Source of the DNA: Octopus vulgaris
Lineage: Eukaryota
Direction of reading: 5' to 3'
Assembly (NCBI GenBank): GCA_951406725.2
Contig: OX597836.1
Span: forward strand, 20,708,001-20,772,000
DNA length: 64,000 nt
The notes below the pieces were generated by a model. That model saw only the letters and a program-made list of their open reading frames with translations. It ran no database searches and had not been told where the DNA came from. Positions within the stretch are counted from its first letter, which is position 1, and every line of letters begins with the position of its first letter. Position numbers and translations under genes: made by a program. Below, one piece after another: positions 24,791-37,177 of this stretch.

Positions 24791-26830
24791 CATATATATA
24801 TATACATATATATATATTTATATATATTACACACACACTCATGTATATATATATGTTGTTAAATATGCTGTTTTTTTATGTCAAGTTATATGTCTATATA
24901 AACAATAAATCTGTATATATAATAAATGAGAGAATGTTAAAGAGAAGAAAAAGAGAAATGATGGAGATGAGAAATATAGGTCGAATGTTATGAAAAGGAA
25001 GAAAAAGGTGTGATAATGGAGTGAGTGGGTGGAAGGGAAGGAAAGGATAGAAAGGGGGAAGAGGTAGCAAGAGAGAGAGGTGGGACATGGGGGGGGGGTG
25101 AAGGACAAGTCAGAATCTCAGTCACAGATTGAACAATTGAATCAAAAATATGTGCAGGGAATAAATATTTCCCATATACCCATATACACATACATATATT
25201 TGGGCACACACATACACACGCATGCGTAAGCATCATGCTTATACAGACTCGCACAATAAAGAAAAGCGTACATAGAGTTAACACAGATAACAAATATTTC
25301 TTTGCACAGTTTATGGTATTTAATAAAGGATAAATTTAGATTAGTAAACACTGATAGAAAAAACTTTAAGCAATATATTTACGTATGCAGAATACCTACA
25401 TGAATGTCTATATATAACATACATGTGTATGTGTGAATGTATGTAAGTATGTATGTATAAACATACATACAGATATGTGTTTATATTTATACACGCAGAC
25501 GCATTTTTATGTGTATATACACATACATATATTCAGATTCACCATCAATTTTCCAGCTGCGTTGGTTCCATACCCATGTTGGATTGAAAGAAATCACAAA
25601 ACAGTAATTCTGAGAAAATTCCAAGAAGGTTGTTGTCAATGTTATTAATAACTTTTTTCAATACTAAACCTTAAAGCAACACACCTTTGTTCATACGAAA
25701 GAAGCACGTTGTAAAGTTGGAAACATTCTTCCAACCCTTCAACAATGACAATATGACCAAATCTAATGCCACCTGCTAACCCCCTAACAACCACTGGGCC
25801 TCCAGCAGTCCCCGTCTTGTAGTACAATAGTCAAAGACATATTTTCCCCTTTCCTCTTTCATGGAAACATTAGACAAAGTTATGAAAACAGACTGGATAG
25901 CCATGGCTGGAAGAGCTTTTTCTATCATAAGGCAGACTGGCAGCACTGGCAGAGAGTTGGGCAAGATTCCTTCGGCTTCTTGTATTCTAACAGTACCACC
26001 TACAATGGCGCAATGCCAAACTTTACTGGCCGGTGCTGACAGCCTTGCTCTTGTTTAGATATAGGAGACATATTCACAGATAAATGACAGTCTTCCATGG
26101 TAAAAAAAAAAAAATCTCGTCCAGGATTCCACATACATGTGCAGATGGATGGTCAACCTTGACCAACAGAACCCCTTAACGATTTACAGAGGTTCAAAAC
26201 GAATACCATCTGCCTCACCTTCACTATGTTCAAGAATTCCAGGTTTTTTGAGAAGTGTAAAACCACCTCTTAGCCAATATTGTTCCCAGGTCTATCCTGA
26301 TCCAGAGTAGTAGCACCTGTCAAGATCCCAGTTATGGGAAATTAGTATATTAGGGCTTGTATGACAATGCATGTGAAGACTGGATCCAGCAGACTCTACA
26401 GGAAAAAAAAAAAAAACTTCATGGTCCAGTGGAGATGAAGGTGGCTGCATCAAAACATTTTGGAGTGCAGAGAGCAAGATGAGGTCAAGTAAGACATCTT
26501 GGTCAGTCTCTGCCTCCATCTCCATCCCTGGTCATCTTGACCTGATCTTGTCATTGATTGAAGATGGTCATGGTTGATGATGCGCAACTCTTCTTCACTT
26601 TAAACAGAGTCACTGTGCAAGTCATCAGTCATCCTTAACGATGACTAGATGTTCCTCGTTGTTCTGATGAATGAACCTAACATGTGGGTTGTGGGCTTCT
26701 GGCAAAATCCCTAGACACCAGCACTCTTCTCTGACTATATCAAAATAAAACTTCAGTTTACATATATTTTCCAGCAATGCTTATTAACCATCAACATATT
26801 CACAGCACAAGTTTTGATGCAGCACGAAGT

Positions 26831-26881
26831 TTTGTCAGTGAACAGGTCGCGGTCTCAAAGTGATGAAAATATTTTGACAAA
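26831..26881 (+). ncRNA. Minimal type-I hammerhead-like motif, G3-C8 variant
   Basis: TTTGTCA-GTGAACA-G-GTCGC-ggtctcaaa-GTGAT-GAA-AATATT-T-TGACAAA: 7-bp stem I, stem II with G-U wobbles, and palindromic stem III. Confidence 0.65.
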
Positions 26882-27397
26882 TTAAATTCAAATGTTGAAG
26901 TGAATCTAACGGTTTTTGTGTGTTTCTTAAATGGCTTATAAACACCTTCCACGCTGCAATTGTTTTCGTTCCAGCACACGATCTCAGATCAGGTCACTCA
27001 CTATGCAAGTACATCTCCGTAATCCCTTATTAACCATGTCCTAATACTAATGCAAAGGCATGTGGATGTTGCATTCATGATTGCAAGACCATGGTATTGA
27101 TTTCTGGACTGGGCAGTAGCACTGTGTTCTTGGGCAAAACACTTCATTTTCATGTAGTTCCAGTCCACTCATCCGTAGAGGAGTAACCTTGCAACAAACT
27201 GACATCCTGTTCAAGGGCAATGATGTGACCTTGGTCACTGTATGCCACGAAAACTGGGTAACTGGTCCTATGAACCCCACAACTTAAGACAGTACTTAGT
27301 TACTTCTGCTCATGAGAACAGGAATGACGAGTACTCATACATCATATCTGATCTGACTGCCATTATTTTTATTGCCAGTGTATGTGTGTTGCATGTA

Positions 27398-27615
27398 TAC
27401 TCTTTACTCTTTTACTCTTTTACTTGTTTCAGTCATTTGACTGCGGCCATGCTGGAGCACCGCCTTTAGTCGAGCAAATCGACCCCGGGACTTATTCTTT
27501 GTAAGCCCAGTACTTATTCTATCGGTCTCTTTTGCCGAACCGCTAAGTGACGGGGACGTAAACACACCAGCATCGGTTGTCAAGCAATGCTAGGGGGACA
27601 AACACAGACACACAA

Positions 27616-27648
<33 letters not shown>

Positions 27649-27814
27649 CATATATACAACAGGCTTCTTTCAGTTTCCGTCTACCAAATCCACTCACAAA
27701 GCATTAGTCGGCCCGGGGCCATAGCAGAAGACACTTGCCCAAGATGTCACGCAGTGGGACTGAACCCGGAACCATGTGGTTGGTTAGCAAACTACTTACC
27801 ACACAGCCACTCCT
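27398..27814 (-). mobile_element. SINE family 1, subtype B (young)
   Basis: Diagnostic GCAATGCTAGGGGG, AAGCCCAGTAC, ATAGCAG and CCAAGATG segments shared with the 37178 and 51427 copies. Confidence 0.88.
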
Positions 27815-28026
27815 ATGTGTATGTACAAATGGAAAAAAAAGTACTCAATGTCTAGTCAATTTCATCCATCCGATGCTCTTTATTCCTTCTGTTGCTACTC
27901 TGAGTTGTTCACATGTGTGCGTGTGTGCATGCATGCGCATGCACTATTCATTTTAGCTTGAACTAAATAAGCATATGAGAAACTGTGAGTAGCAATAGAG
28001 TGAATGAAAAAACCCTCCAGTTTCAA

Positions 28027-28067
<41 letters not shown>

Positions 28068-29168
28068 TATGCATGTATGTATGTATGTGAGTGTATGTGT
28101 GCACACATTGAAACGCACACAAGCATGCACAGATGCATGTGCTCACTTACACACACACATATTGTACACACAAACACTATAATCCATACATTCTTCATAG
28201 TAAACTATTACACAACAGATGCCTTTATATCATCCACATTTTCTAACAGAATCTCAGAAATAACAAATATTGATTCTGGAATTATTGATTGAATTCTTGC
28301 AGGAGAGACATGTGATGGTGGTGGCGGCGGCGGCGGCGGTATCAATGGTGATGGTGGAGTGGTGATGGTGATGAGGGTGATGATGGCAGAGGTAGGGATA
28401 AGAGTTCAGAGCAATAATTAATGATAAAAGGAAAAACAGTTCTAATAAATTCTTCATTTGCTTTGTTTACTGCGGTTAGTCTCCACTACCACCATCACCA
28501 CCACCACCACCACCACACCACCACCACCACCACCACCAGTACTGCCACCAACATGACATTCCCCCCAATCCTTTCCATTACTACCATCACTATGGTCACC
28601 ATTTAAGATTAAAATACTTAAATTATAACCAAATATAAAAAAATAATTAAAAAAAAAACTTTTTTTTTTTTTAAAAGTCACTTTCAAAAAATAAATATCT
28701 TTAAAATCAGTAATCTAAGTGTAACAGATTTTTTACACTTACAATTAAATGTATACAAACACACATACATGCACAGCATAACATGTTTTGAATAGACTAT
28801 AGCTTATAGTTATAGCTCAACTATTTTGGTCATGAATAGCAACACAATTCAAATATACCACACATGCACACACACACATACACACACACATGCACATACT
28901 TCTATTTAAGGCATATGGTTGGCAATTTTGAGAAGGAAAGGTTACTTGTTGATTGGTACTATATTTCATTGACTCTCCAAAAGGATGAAAGCATAAAGTT
29001 GACCTCAGCAAGATTTGAACTCAGTACACAAAGAAGAGGAACAAATACCGTAAGGCACTTTATGCGCCGCTCGTACAATCAACATTGCCAATACCACAAA
29101 GGCTGGATTTCTTCATCAGGGACAAAATGTATTTAAGACCTGAATAATTGGTGGTGGCATTCATCCAT

Positions 29169-29207
<39 letters not shown>

Positions 29208-29208
<1 letters not shown>

Positions 29209-29367
29209 AAGGGCATTGGCATTAGGAAGGGCATCCAGCTGTAGAAACTCTGCCAGATCAAGATTGGAGCCTGGTGCAGCCATCTGGTTCGCCAGGCCTC
29301 AGTCAAAATCGTCCAACCCATGCTAGCATGGAAAGCGAACGTTAAACGATGATGATGATGATGATGA
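29208..29367 (+). mobile_element. Family 3 retroposon 3' end inserted in (TA)n
   Basis: Homology to family 3 and a (GAT)n tail. Confidence 0.8.
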
Positions 29368-30465
29368 ACATCGCCAAAACAGTATTATAAAGAACAAAAA
29401 CAAATAAACTAGGACTTCTTATTCATGAGCAGAAAATACTTGAGTTCTGATGAGATACCATAGAGATCTATCAAGACTCACATTAGAGTACTTTTCACAA
29501 ACTTTAGATGGTGTTGCTGCTTTGTATGGAGTATGGATCCAGCAACATAAAAAATTCAAAAACAGTAGGTTCAGGCATAGCTGTGTGGTAGGAAGTTCAC
29601 TTCCTAACTGCATGGTTCAAGGTTCAGTACCAGTGAATGGCACTTTGGGCAAGTCTTCTACTATAACCTTGTGAGTGAATTTGAGAGACAGAAACTGAAA
29701 GAAGCCTGTTATGTGTGTGTGTGTATGTGTGTGCACGCATGTGCACATGCGCATGTGTTTGTGTTTGTCCCCCACTGCTTCCACTTGACAATGGTGTTGG
29801 TGTGTTTACATCTTCATAACTTAGCAGTATAGCAAAAGAGACCAATAGAATAAATAACAGAACTATAAGAATGGTTGGTTTGTTTAAACTAAAATTTTTC
29901 AAGTTGGTACCCCCAGCATAACTGCAGTCAAATGACTGAAACAAGTAAAAGACAAAAGTCAGGACTGATATGAGCCACCTTGTTTGGGTCTCGTACATAT
30001 CAAGGGGTTTATCCCACCTTGGTCTCCTTGGGTTAAAGGAAAGTTAAGGCCAGTACATATGAAAAAGACAAGTAGGAACATGTTGCCATGAGAGTCAAAA
30101 ATACTGAATTCAAAAGCCTTGATGTGGTCCTTGCTCCATTTCTAGGTTTGATGGATGTGAGTTACACACACAAATATTCTTGGCAACATCCAAATGAAGG
30201 CTTCATTTGGCTAATTACAATTAATTTACTCATGAGTTTAACCAACATACTGCATATCTCCTCCACTCAGTCCTAGTTAACCTACACTTACATCTTTTCC
30301 TATCACTTCTGCTGTGTCTCATCTCAGAGAATCTCATACAAAACTGTTCACTGAATTTTCCATATTTTTCCAAAATTCTGTCCAAAATGCAACCAACTGG
30401 AAATTCCTTCCTATCCACCCAGTGACCAAGAAAATATTCAAATTAACCACTGACAACACCAATAT

Positions 30466-30692
30466 CTATTTCTTTATTACCCACAAGGGGCTAAACATAG
30501 AGGGGACAAACAAGGACAGACAGACGGATTAAATCGATTATATCGATCCCAGTGCGTAACTGGTACTTAATTTATCGACCCCGAAAGGATGAAAGGCAAA
30601 GTCGACCTCGGCGGAATTTGAACTCAGAATGTAACGACAGGCGAAATACCGCTAAGCATTTCGCCCGGCGTGCTAACGTTTCTGCCAGCTCA
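30466..30692 (-). mobile_element. SINE family 2
   Basis: Near-identical to the 18939 and 36213 copies. Confidence 0.85.
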
Positions 30693-31402
30693 TCCTCCAT
30701 CTGGGGACACAGGCAAACGTTATGAGTACTGTCACCTTACTCTTCTGAAAGAATTTATTAAAAGATTCCTTTAACCAAACTGCCCTCCTGTATGTTGGTG
30801 GTGTTTAAATTTTCCAGAACCCAGGAGAGTGAAATATTAAGCTGATTCCATTTAAGGTTTGAAGTGAGAACAATAAAACTTCAAACTAAATACAAACACA
30901 AATAAAATGGTTCGGTTGCCCTTAATTTGCAATAGTGCTTTTAACTAACTCAAAGCCTTTAACCTGCAAGAAATTAGCTGCCAGATTCCCCTTAAAATGA
31001 CACACACACCTGTCTTTAAAGAGAATATTCACATTGTACTAAACAGAAAAAAAAAAGACAGGTTGGTCATGGTTGGAACACCTTTGATCATAAATTTGTT
31101 CAGAGTTGACAAAAATGAGTCACATGGTTGAGCAGTACAAGTTACAGAATAACATCCCAGAAAGAACAAAGCAAAGCTTGAGATATTTCTTGGAGTTACT
31201 CCCATTCATTCTCAGAGATTAGAATCTTTGGAAAAGCAGGAGCATTATAACCATTCATTTGTTTTCCTAAAGAGGAAACAGTTGGTTGCCCTCAAGGTTC
31301 AATCTCTGTGTGGAACCATAGTAAAGTAACTTCTATAAATGTAGACGGCTACATTGTTAGTGGAATTAACTAGATTGAAATTGTACCTTTGTCTGTGTAC
31401 AT

Positions 31403-31433
<31 letters not shown>

Positions 31434-31880
31434 CATGCAACTGCCTATGTATATCAAAGAATGAACATTCTCTGGTCATTTTTTGTCATTGTAAATGCAA
31501 TGAATCAGTGATTGTGACCTGTTTAGAAACCTGTAACCAATGACAACGTTATTGTTCGCAAATTCGAAAATCTAAAATAAAAATACAATAAAATAAAAAA
31601 AAAATGTAAAAATAAAAACAAAAAAAGAACAGAATAAGAAAAATAAAATAAAATAACAAAACTAAAAACCTGAATTGATTCTGGAAACTAAAAGCAGAAT
31701 CAAGTTCAAACAAAACAGAGGACCATCAACCCTTTTGTGATCCAAGTCCTGTTCAAATGCTTTGTCATAACAGAATGGACGAGAGCAAACATCACAAGTA
31801 GTAACCATAAAAGCCAGAAACCGCTCAACATTAATGCTAGCCATAAATCCAAAGTAGCTGAGAGTCTCATATATGTGTGT

Positions 31881-31926
<46 letters not shown>

Positions 31927-33049
31927 TTGAATGTATGTATAGGTGTACAGATGAAAGGAATAAAAGACTACAAATAGGAGAAATGCATTGAGAGATCTCA
32001 CACAAAGTATTACTATTGCTCAGCTAACGAGCTGCAGTGTAATGAGAAGAATAAACTATATATATATATATATATATATATAAGCAACAACAATACAAAA
32101 GAAAAAGCTAATAATAATCAGAGAACCTCTGCATATAATCTCTTATACACTTCATCCAGAATATTTGATAAGCCAAGGCATCTTGTAAGCTATAGATTCC
32201 AGACAGCAACTAAAACTTCACAGTAAACAGATTCATAAAAGTCAGGCAAGGGTGAAAGAGGTGATGGTGGATTGGCAGAAGTTTTAGAGCATCAGATGGA
32301 AATGCTTTATGGTATTCAGTGATAGTCTTTTTATGTTCTGAGCTCAAATCCAGCCTAAGGGAGTCAAATTTGACTTACTATATTCTGGCGTTTAATAACA
32401 TGAAATAAGTATCTAATATTATGGGGGATTAAATATTCCTGTAAAACGTTAGAAAAAACACTTTGCAGCCACAAGGATCCCAGTTTGAGCCCACTGAGTA
32501 GTCTCTTGGACAAGTTTCTCTTTTAGCTTCAGGTTGACAGTGTCTTGTAAGGGACACTGTACCTTGACCATACATCTCTCTTTCTGTCTTCTTCCAGATG
32601 GGCAAGCCATGTATCCAATGCTTCAGCAAGACACCTGCTCCTACCCCACTATCTAGTTTTTATCCCTCAATTCTATACCCCTACACAGCTGCGGGTGGGG
32701 GTCTTACTTTGTGGATATTTGATGACCTCACTGGTGCTGGTACAATGTAAAATGTAAAGTGATTGATGTGACTGTAAAGTGATTGATGTTAAGAAAGGCA
32801 TCTAGTAGTAAAAACCAGACCAAAGCAGACATTAGAACATGATGCAGTCCTCTGGATTATCTGTTCATATCAAACCATTCAATCCATACCAGCATGGAAA
32901 AGAGGAAGTGAAATAAGGATGATGATGATGATGTAAGTAAAATTAATATGATGATCAAGGACTGGAATGTCTTTGATCATGGATCTGTTTGATTGTGGTT
33001 GACACAGACCTTAACAACAATATCAATAAACGATAAAACAAAGTCTTAC

Positions 33050-33223
33050 CTCAAGGAGCTCATCCCCACTGATGAGTTGACCATTACAACCGACAGGACC
33101 AGCTGGAAGTATTGATCGAATAAAATGATGCGGTCGCATCTCTACACCATTCTCCACGTCTACGGTACCTTCTAAGCTGATACCAAGACCTCCTCCTTCA
33201 CGAAATTTAGATAGCTGAGCAAC
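33050..33223 (-). CDS. Patj: Patj/MPDZ-like multi-PDZ protein, internal exon B (N-terminal part of PDZ)
   Basis: 174 nt, phase 0-0, ttggcag| ... |gtaaga. Translates VAQLSKFREGGGLGISLEGTVDVENGVEMRPHHFIRSILPAGPVGCNGQLISGDELLE and joins exon C as GDELLE|VNG, the canonical PDZ motif. Confidence 0.95.
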
Positions 33224-33627
33224 CTGCCAAGTAATAAAAAATGATTTTTTCAATATTCCATAAAAATGTGATGTACAAAGTGAAAACAACAACAACAACA
33301 ACAGCAATTGATTCTAATTTTGACAGAAGGTTAGTAATTTTCAGAAGAAGGGTGCAGCCAATTACATCATTCCCAGCATTCGACTAGTAGTTTATTTTTA
33401 TTGACCCCGAATAGCTGAAAGGTAAAGTTGACCTCGGTAGTCTTTGAACTCAGAACATATAAAGGGCAGGAGAAATGTGCTTCGTCCAACATACTAATGG
33501 TTCTACTAGCTGGCTGCTTCTTGACAACAACAAAAATAACACATTTGTTTCTAATTTAGGTAGAAGGCTCACAGTTTTGAAGGGAGGAAGTGTTAGTCAA
33601 TTACACTGACTCCAGTACTAGACAGGT

Positions 33628-33939
33628 TTTTTTGTTGTTTGTTCCTTCTCGAGCCATGCCTGGCTCATATAAGGGCCAGTTTCCCGGTTTCTTGGTGTAT
33701 AGGTTCCCCACCTGGATGGGCCGCCGGTCCATCGCTGGTGAGCTGCAAGATGCAGGAGGAAAGAGTGAGAGAAAGCCGTGGCGAAAGAGTCAGCAGAAGT
33801 TTCGCTATTACCTTCTGCCAGAGCCGCATGGAGTTTAGGTGTTTCACTCATAAACACACACATCGCCCGGTCTGAGATTCGAACCCGCGATCACTTGACC
33901 GCGAGTCCACTGCTCTAACCATTAGGCCATGTGCCTCCA
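33628..33939 (-). mobile_element. Full-length tRNA-derived SINE family 5b with 11-bp TSD, nested in an old family-2 SINE
   Basis: TSD ACTAGACAGGT at 33617-33627 and 33940-33950. Head TGGCCTAATGGTTAGAGC...GGGTTCGAATC and an A-rich tail. Confidence 0.9.
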
Positions 33940-34374
33940 ACTAGACAGGTACTTTATGTTATTGACCTTAAAAGGATGAATGGCAAAGCTGATCTTGGCA
34001 GGATTTAAATTCAGAAATTAAAGAACAGGAACAAATATCACAAGATATTTCCTGATTGGAAGTTTAACATGTACATATTTTGTCTTGGTATAAAAGATGG
34101 GCTGCAACAAATATTCTCAATACCACAGATTTGCTAATCAGTTGCTTAAACTTAACCAGTTGAGTATGTCCTTTAGTGGCTGATGATATGTGCATCTCTG
34201 ATCATGAGCAGGCAAATTAGGGGAGCATTAAAGCCATGTGTCAAGAGGAATCCTTTGGGAATTGAATAATTCACTTCTGGAAACATGTATCTTAGTGTGT
34301 TCCCACAGTCTATTGCCTGTAATCTAATATAGGCATCATCAGCACTGCAACTCTCTCTTGCCATACAACTTGAC

Positions 34375-34735
34375 ACCTTGGGCAAGTGCCTTTTATTATA
34401 GTCCTGGGCTGACCAATGCCTCATGAGTGGATTTTGTAGACAGAATCTGAAAGAAGCCCATTGTATACATTTACACACACATATATATATACACGTGTGT
34501 GAGTGTTTCCTTGTTTTGACATTGTATAACAGTTGTAAATGATTGTCACTGCTATACACGCAGTGTCATTCATTTCCAATATTCTGCAAGAACATGTGTG
34601 GCCATGGGGAAGAATTACCTTGCTTAGAAATAGGTGAGGCTTAGCAATAGGAAGGACATCAAGCCATAGATGATCTGCCTCAATAATTTGTCCAATCCAT
34701 GCAAGCATGGAAAAGTGGACATTAAAATAATGAGT
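34375..34735 (+). mobile_element. Chimeric SINE (family-1 body plus family-3-like tail)
   Basis: CACCTTGGGCAAGTG...GAAAGAAGCCC body, then a distinct segment ending CCATGCAAGCATGGAAAAGTGGAC. Confidence 0.7.
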
Positions 34736-34816
34736 ATTTATACAACAGCTGTTTAAATTTTCAACACAACTCAAAACTCACCCCCTTCCCCATGGGTATG
34801 CAAATTCTAGATAAGC

Positions 34817-35032
34817 CAGCTCTGTCTGGCACCAGTGCGGGTGGCACGTAAAAAGCACCCACTACACTCACGGAGTGGTTGGCGTTAGGAAGGGCATCCA
34901 GCCGTAGAAACACTGCCAGATTTGACTGGGCCTGATGAAGCCTTCTGGCTTCACAGACCCCAGTAGAACCGTCCAACCCATGCTAGCATGGAAAACGGAC
35001 GCTAAATGATGATGATGATGATGATGATGATG
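34817..35032 (+). mobile_element. Family 3 retroposon 3' end
   Basis: Homology to family 3 and a (GAT)n tail. Confidence 0.8.
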
Positions 35033-35654
35033 AGCTATTGCACTAAGTTATTATTTAAGGGAAATTTGGCTGTATTTCTAGCATGCCAAGCATCTTATTA
35101 GAGGCTGCTCAGTTTCCATGACTAATGAAGGTGTTGAACGCTTATTAATGCAGTAACTGTAATCAATCTAGATAACAACAATAAACAATGGAAGAGACTA
35201 TAAAAGGGGAATGACACCTTGGAAGAATAAAAATAACACACTTGCCTAATGAAGGGATATTAATTATCTATGAAAAAATCAATCAAAAGAACAATGCAAC
35301 TGCAATTTAGTAAAAATATGCTTCTTTTCATAGGGATGGCATATATAATATTCAATTGACCTTAATTTCAGCTAATTGCTTCTAGAAGGTTATAACTGTA
35401 CGTGTGTATATACATACGTGCACATTATAACTAAACATGTTCACTCAACCGTATCAGCCTTCCTTTTAGGCACAAAATATACTGTCATGTAAGGGATGTA
35501 GTGGGAAACATACAAAAGGTTAATCATGTGTTCATTCTCTACAAACACTTGACAGAAAAATATTCAGGACATTGCTTGTTTGGACTTGTTCAGTCAATAG
35601 TGTCGGCCTTAACTTATGACACTAAAATTTGTCACTTGATATTAATACAGGGAC

Positions 35655-35892
35655 AACCGATCGTGGCCGATGCCAGACCCCTCTGGCACCTGTGCAGGTG
35701 GCACGTAAAAAGCACCCACTACACTCGCGGAGTGGTTGGCATTAGGAAGGGCATCCAGCTGTAGAAACACTGCCAGATCAGACTGGAGCCTGGAGCAGCC
35801 CCTGGCTCCCCAGACCCCGGTCGAACCATCCAACCCGTGCTAGAGCGGAAAACGGACGTTAAACGATGATGATGATGATGATGATGATGATG
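35655..35892 (+). mobile_element. Family 3 retroposon 3' end
   Basis: Homology to family 3 and a (GAT)n tail. Confidence 0.8.
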
Positions 35893-36212
35893 AAGTAGGG
35901 AACCTACAAAAATTTCTAAAACCAGTCATGTGAGTATTCTCTACCAATTAAATCCTATTCCAAACATATATTGAGCCATGAATTCCCTATAAAATTAGAG
36001 CAAGCTTCAAACACTAGTCAGAAGCAAGACAGCTACGACATAAGCCATGTCTTTCTATTTGAACTTTTTGAAAATCAGTATAAACTGTGAAACCAGTTGA
36101 AACTTTAAATATATTAATAGAAAATATTTTAACTATTCTCAGTGTATTTTCACCTTCTAGTTTTCTTATATTTCTACCCGTGTGGAATAAAATAACTTTG
36201 TTATATATATAA

Positions 36213-36433
36213 CGAGCTGGCAGAATCGTTAGCACGCCGGGCGAAATGCGTAGCCGTATTTCGTCTGCTGTTACGTTCTGAGTTCAAATTCCGCCGAAGT
36301 CGACTTTGCCTTTCGTCCTTTCGGGGTCGATAAATTAAGTACCAGTTACGCACTGGGGTCGATGCAATCGACTTAATCCGTTTGTCTGTCCTTGTTTGTC
36401 CCCTCTGTGTTTAGCCCCTTGTGGGTAGTAAAG

Positions 36434-36438
<5 letters not shown>
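36213..36438 (+). mobile_element. SINE family 2
   Basis: CpG-intact young copy, GAGCTGGCAGAATCGTTAGC...GTAGTAAAGAAATA. Confidence 0.88.
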
Positions 36439-36472
<34 letters not shown>

Positions 36473-37177
36473 GGTGCAGGCATAACTATGAGAAATTTGC
36501 TTTGCATTTTCATGGTTTTGGGTTGGGTCCCACTGTGTGGCACCATAAGTGAATGCCTTCCACTGCAACCTTGGGCCAAACACACGTTTGCGCATATGTG
36601 TGTGAGACAGACAGGCATAAATACAGAGAGAGAGAGGGGGGGTGCATGCATGCATCTGTGTATTTATGTACATTAGTGCTTCTCCACACAGCTGCAGAGC
36701 CACAAATAGTGAAGCAGCAATTTCTCCTGTCAAATTATCTGCTGCTTTTGTGCCTTCGAAGACATGTAATAAGAGATCTGTTATTTGAAAATGGATGATA
36801 GAGAGAGAGATGGATGGAGAGAGAGAGAGAGAGGGAGAGAGAGAGAGAGTGTGTGTGTTATTAGATATATATATAACTACATATTTTGCAACAACTTTTT
36901 CTGGCAAAATTAGGAATGGTTTCTCTAAATTTCAGCAAAGAAGTCAAATAAATTTGATGATTTTCTCATATATTTTTACAGCTCACTGCTAGCCTTAATG
37001 ATTCCATTGACTTATTTATATCCACCTTGACCTGACTTTGAAAGATTCGCCACAAGTAGGCTACAGGATTCAAGTTAATCTTATTTCACAGATACATGTA
37101 GAGTTTTATCTTTAATGTTCTTCCACTGTGACATACTTATATGTTTGCTTGTAAGTATATATATATATGTATGTATA

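Noticed and set aside
28311-28600. (GGT/GGC)n versus (CAC)n tracts giving poly-His/Thr/Gly ORFs and a loose inverted arrangement
   Set aside because: These are low-complexity triplet repeats with no splice signals or specific pairing.
33860-33939. tRNA-like sequence, also present in other SINE heads
   Set aside because: It has A/B boxes but no complete cloverleaf or acceptor stem, and it is part of a TSD-flanked SINE.
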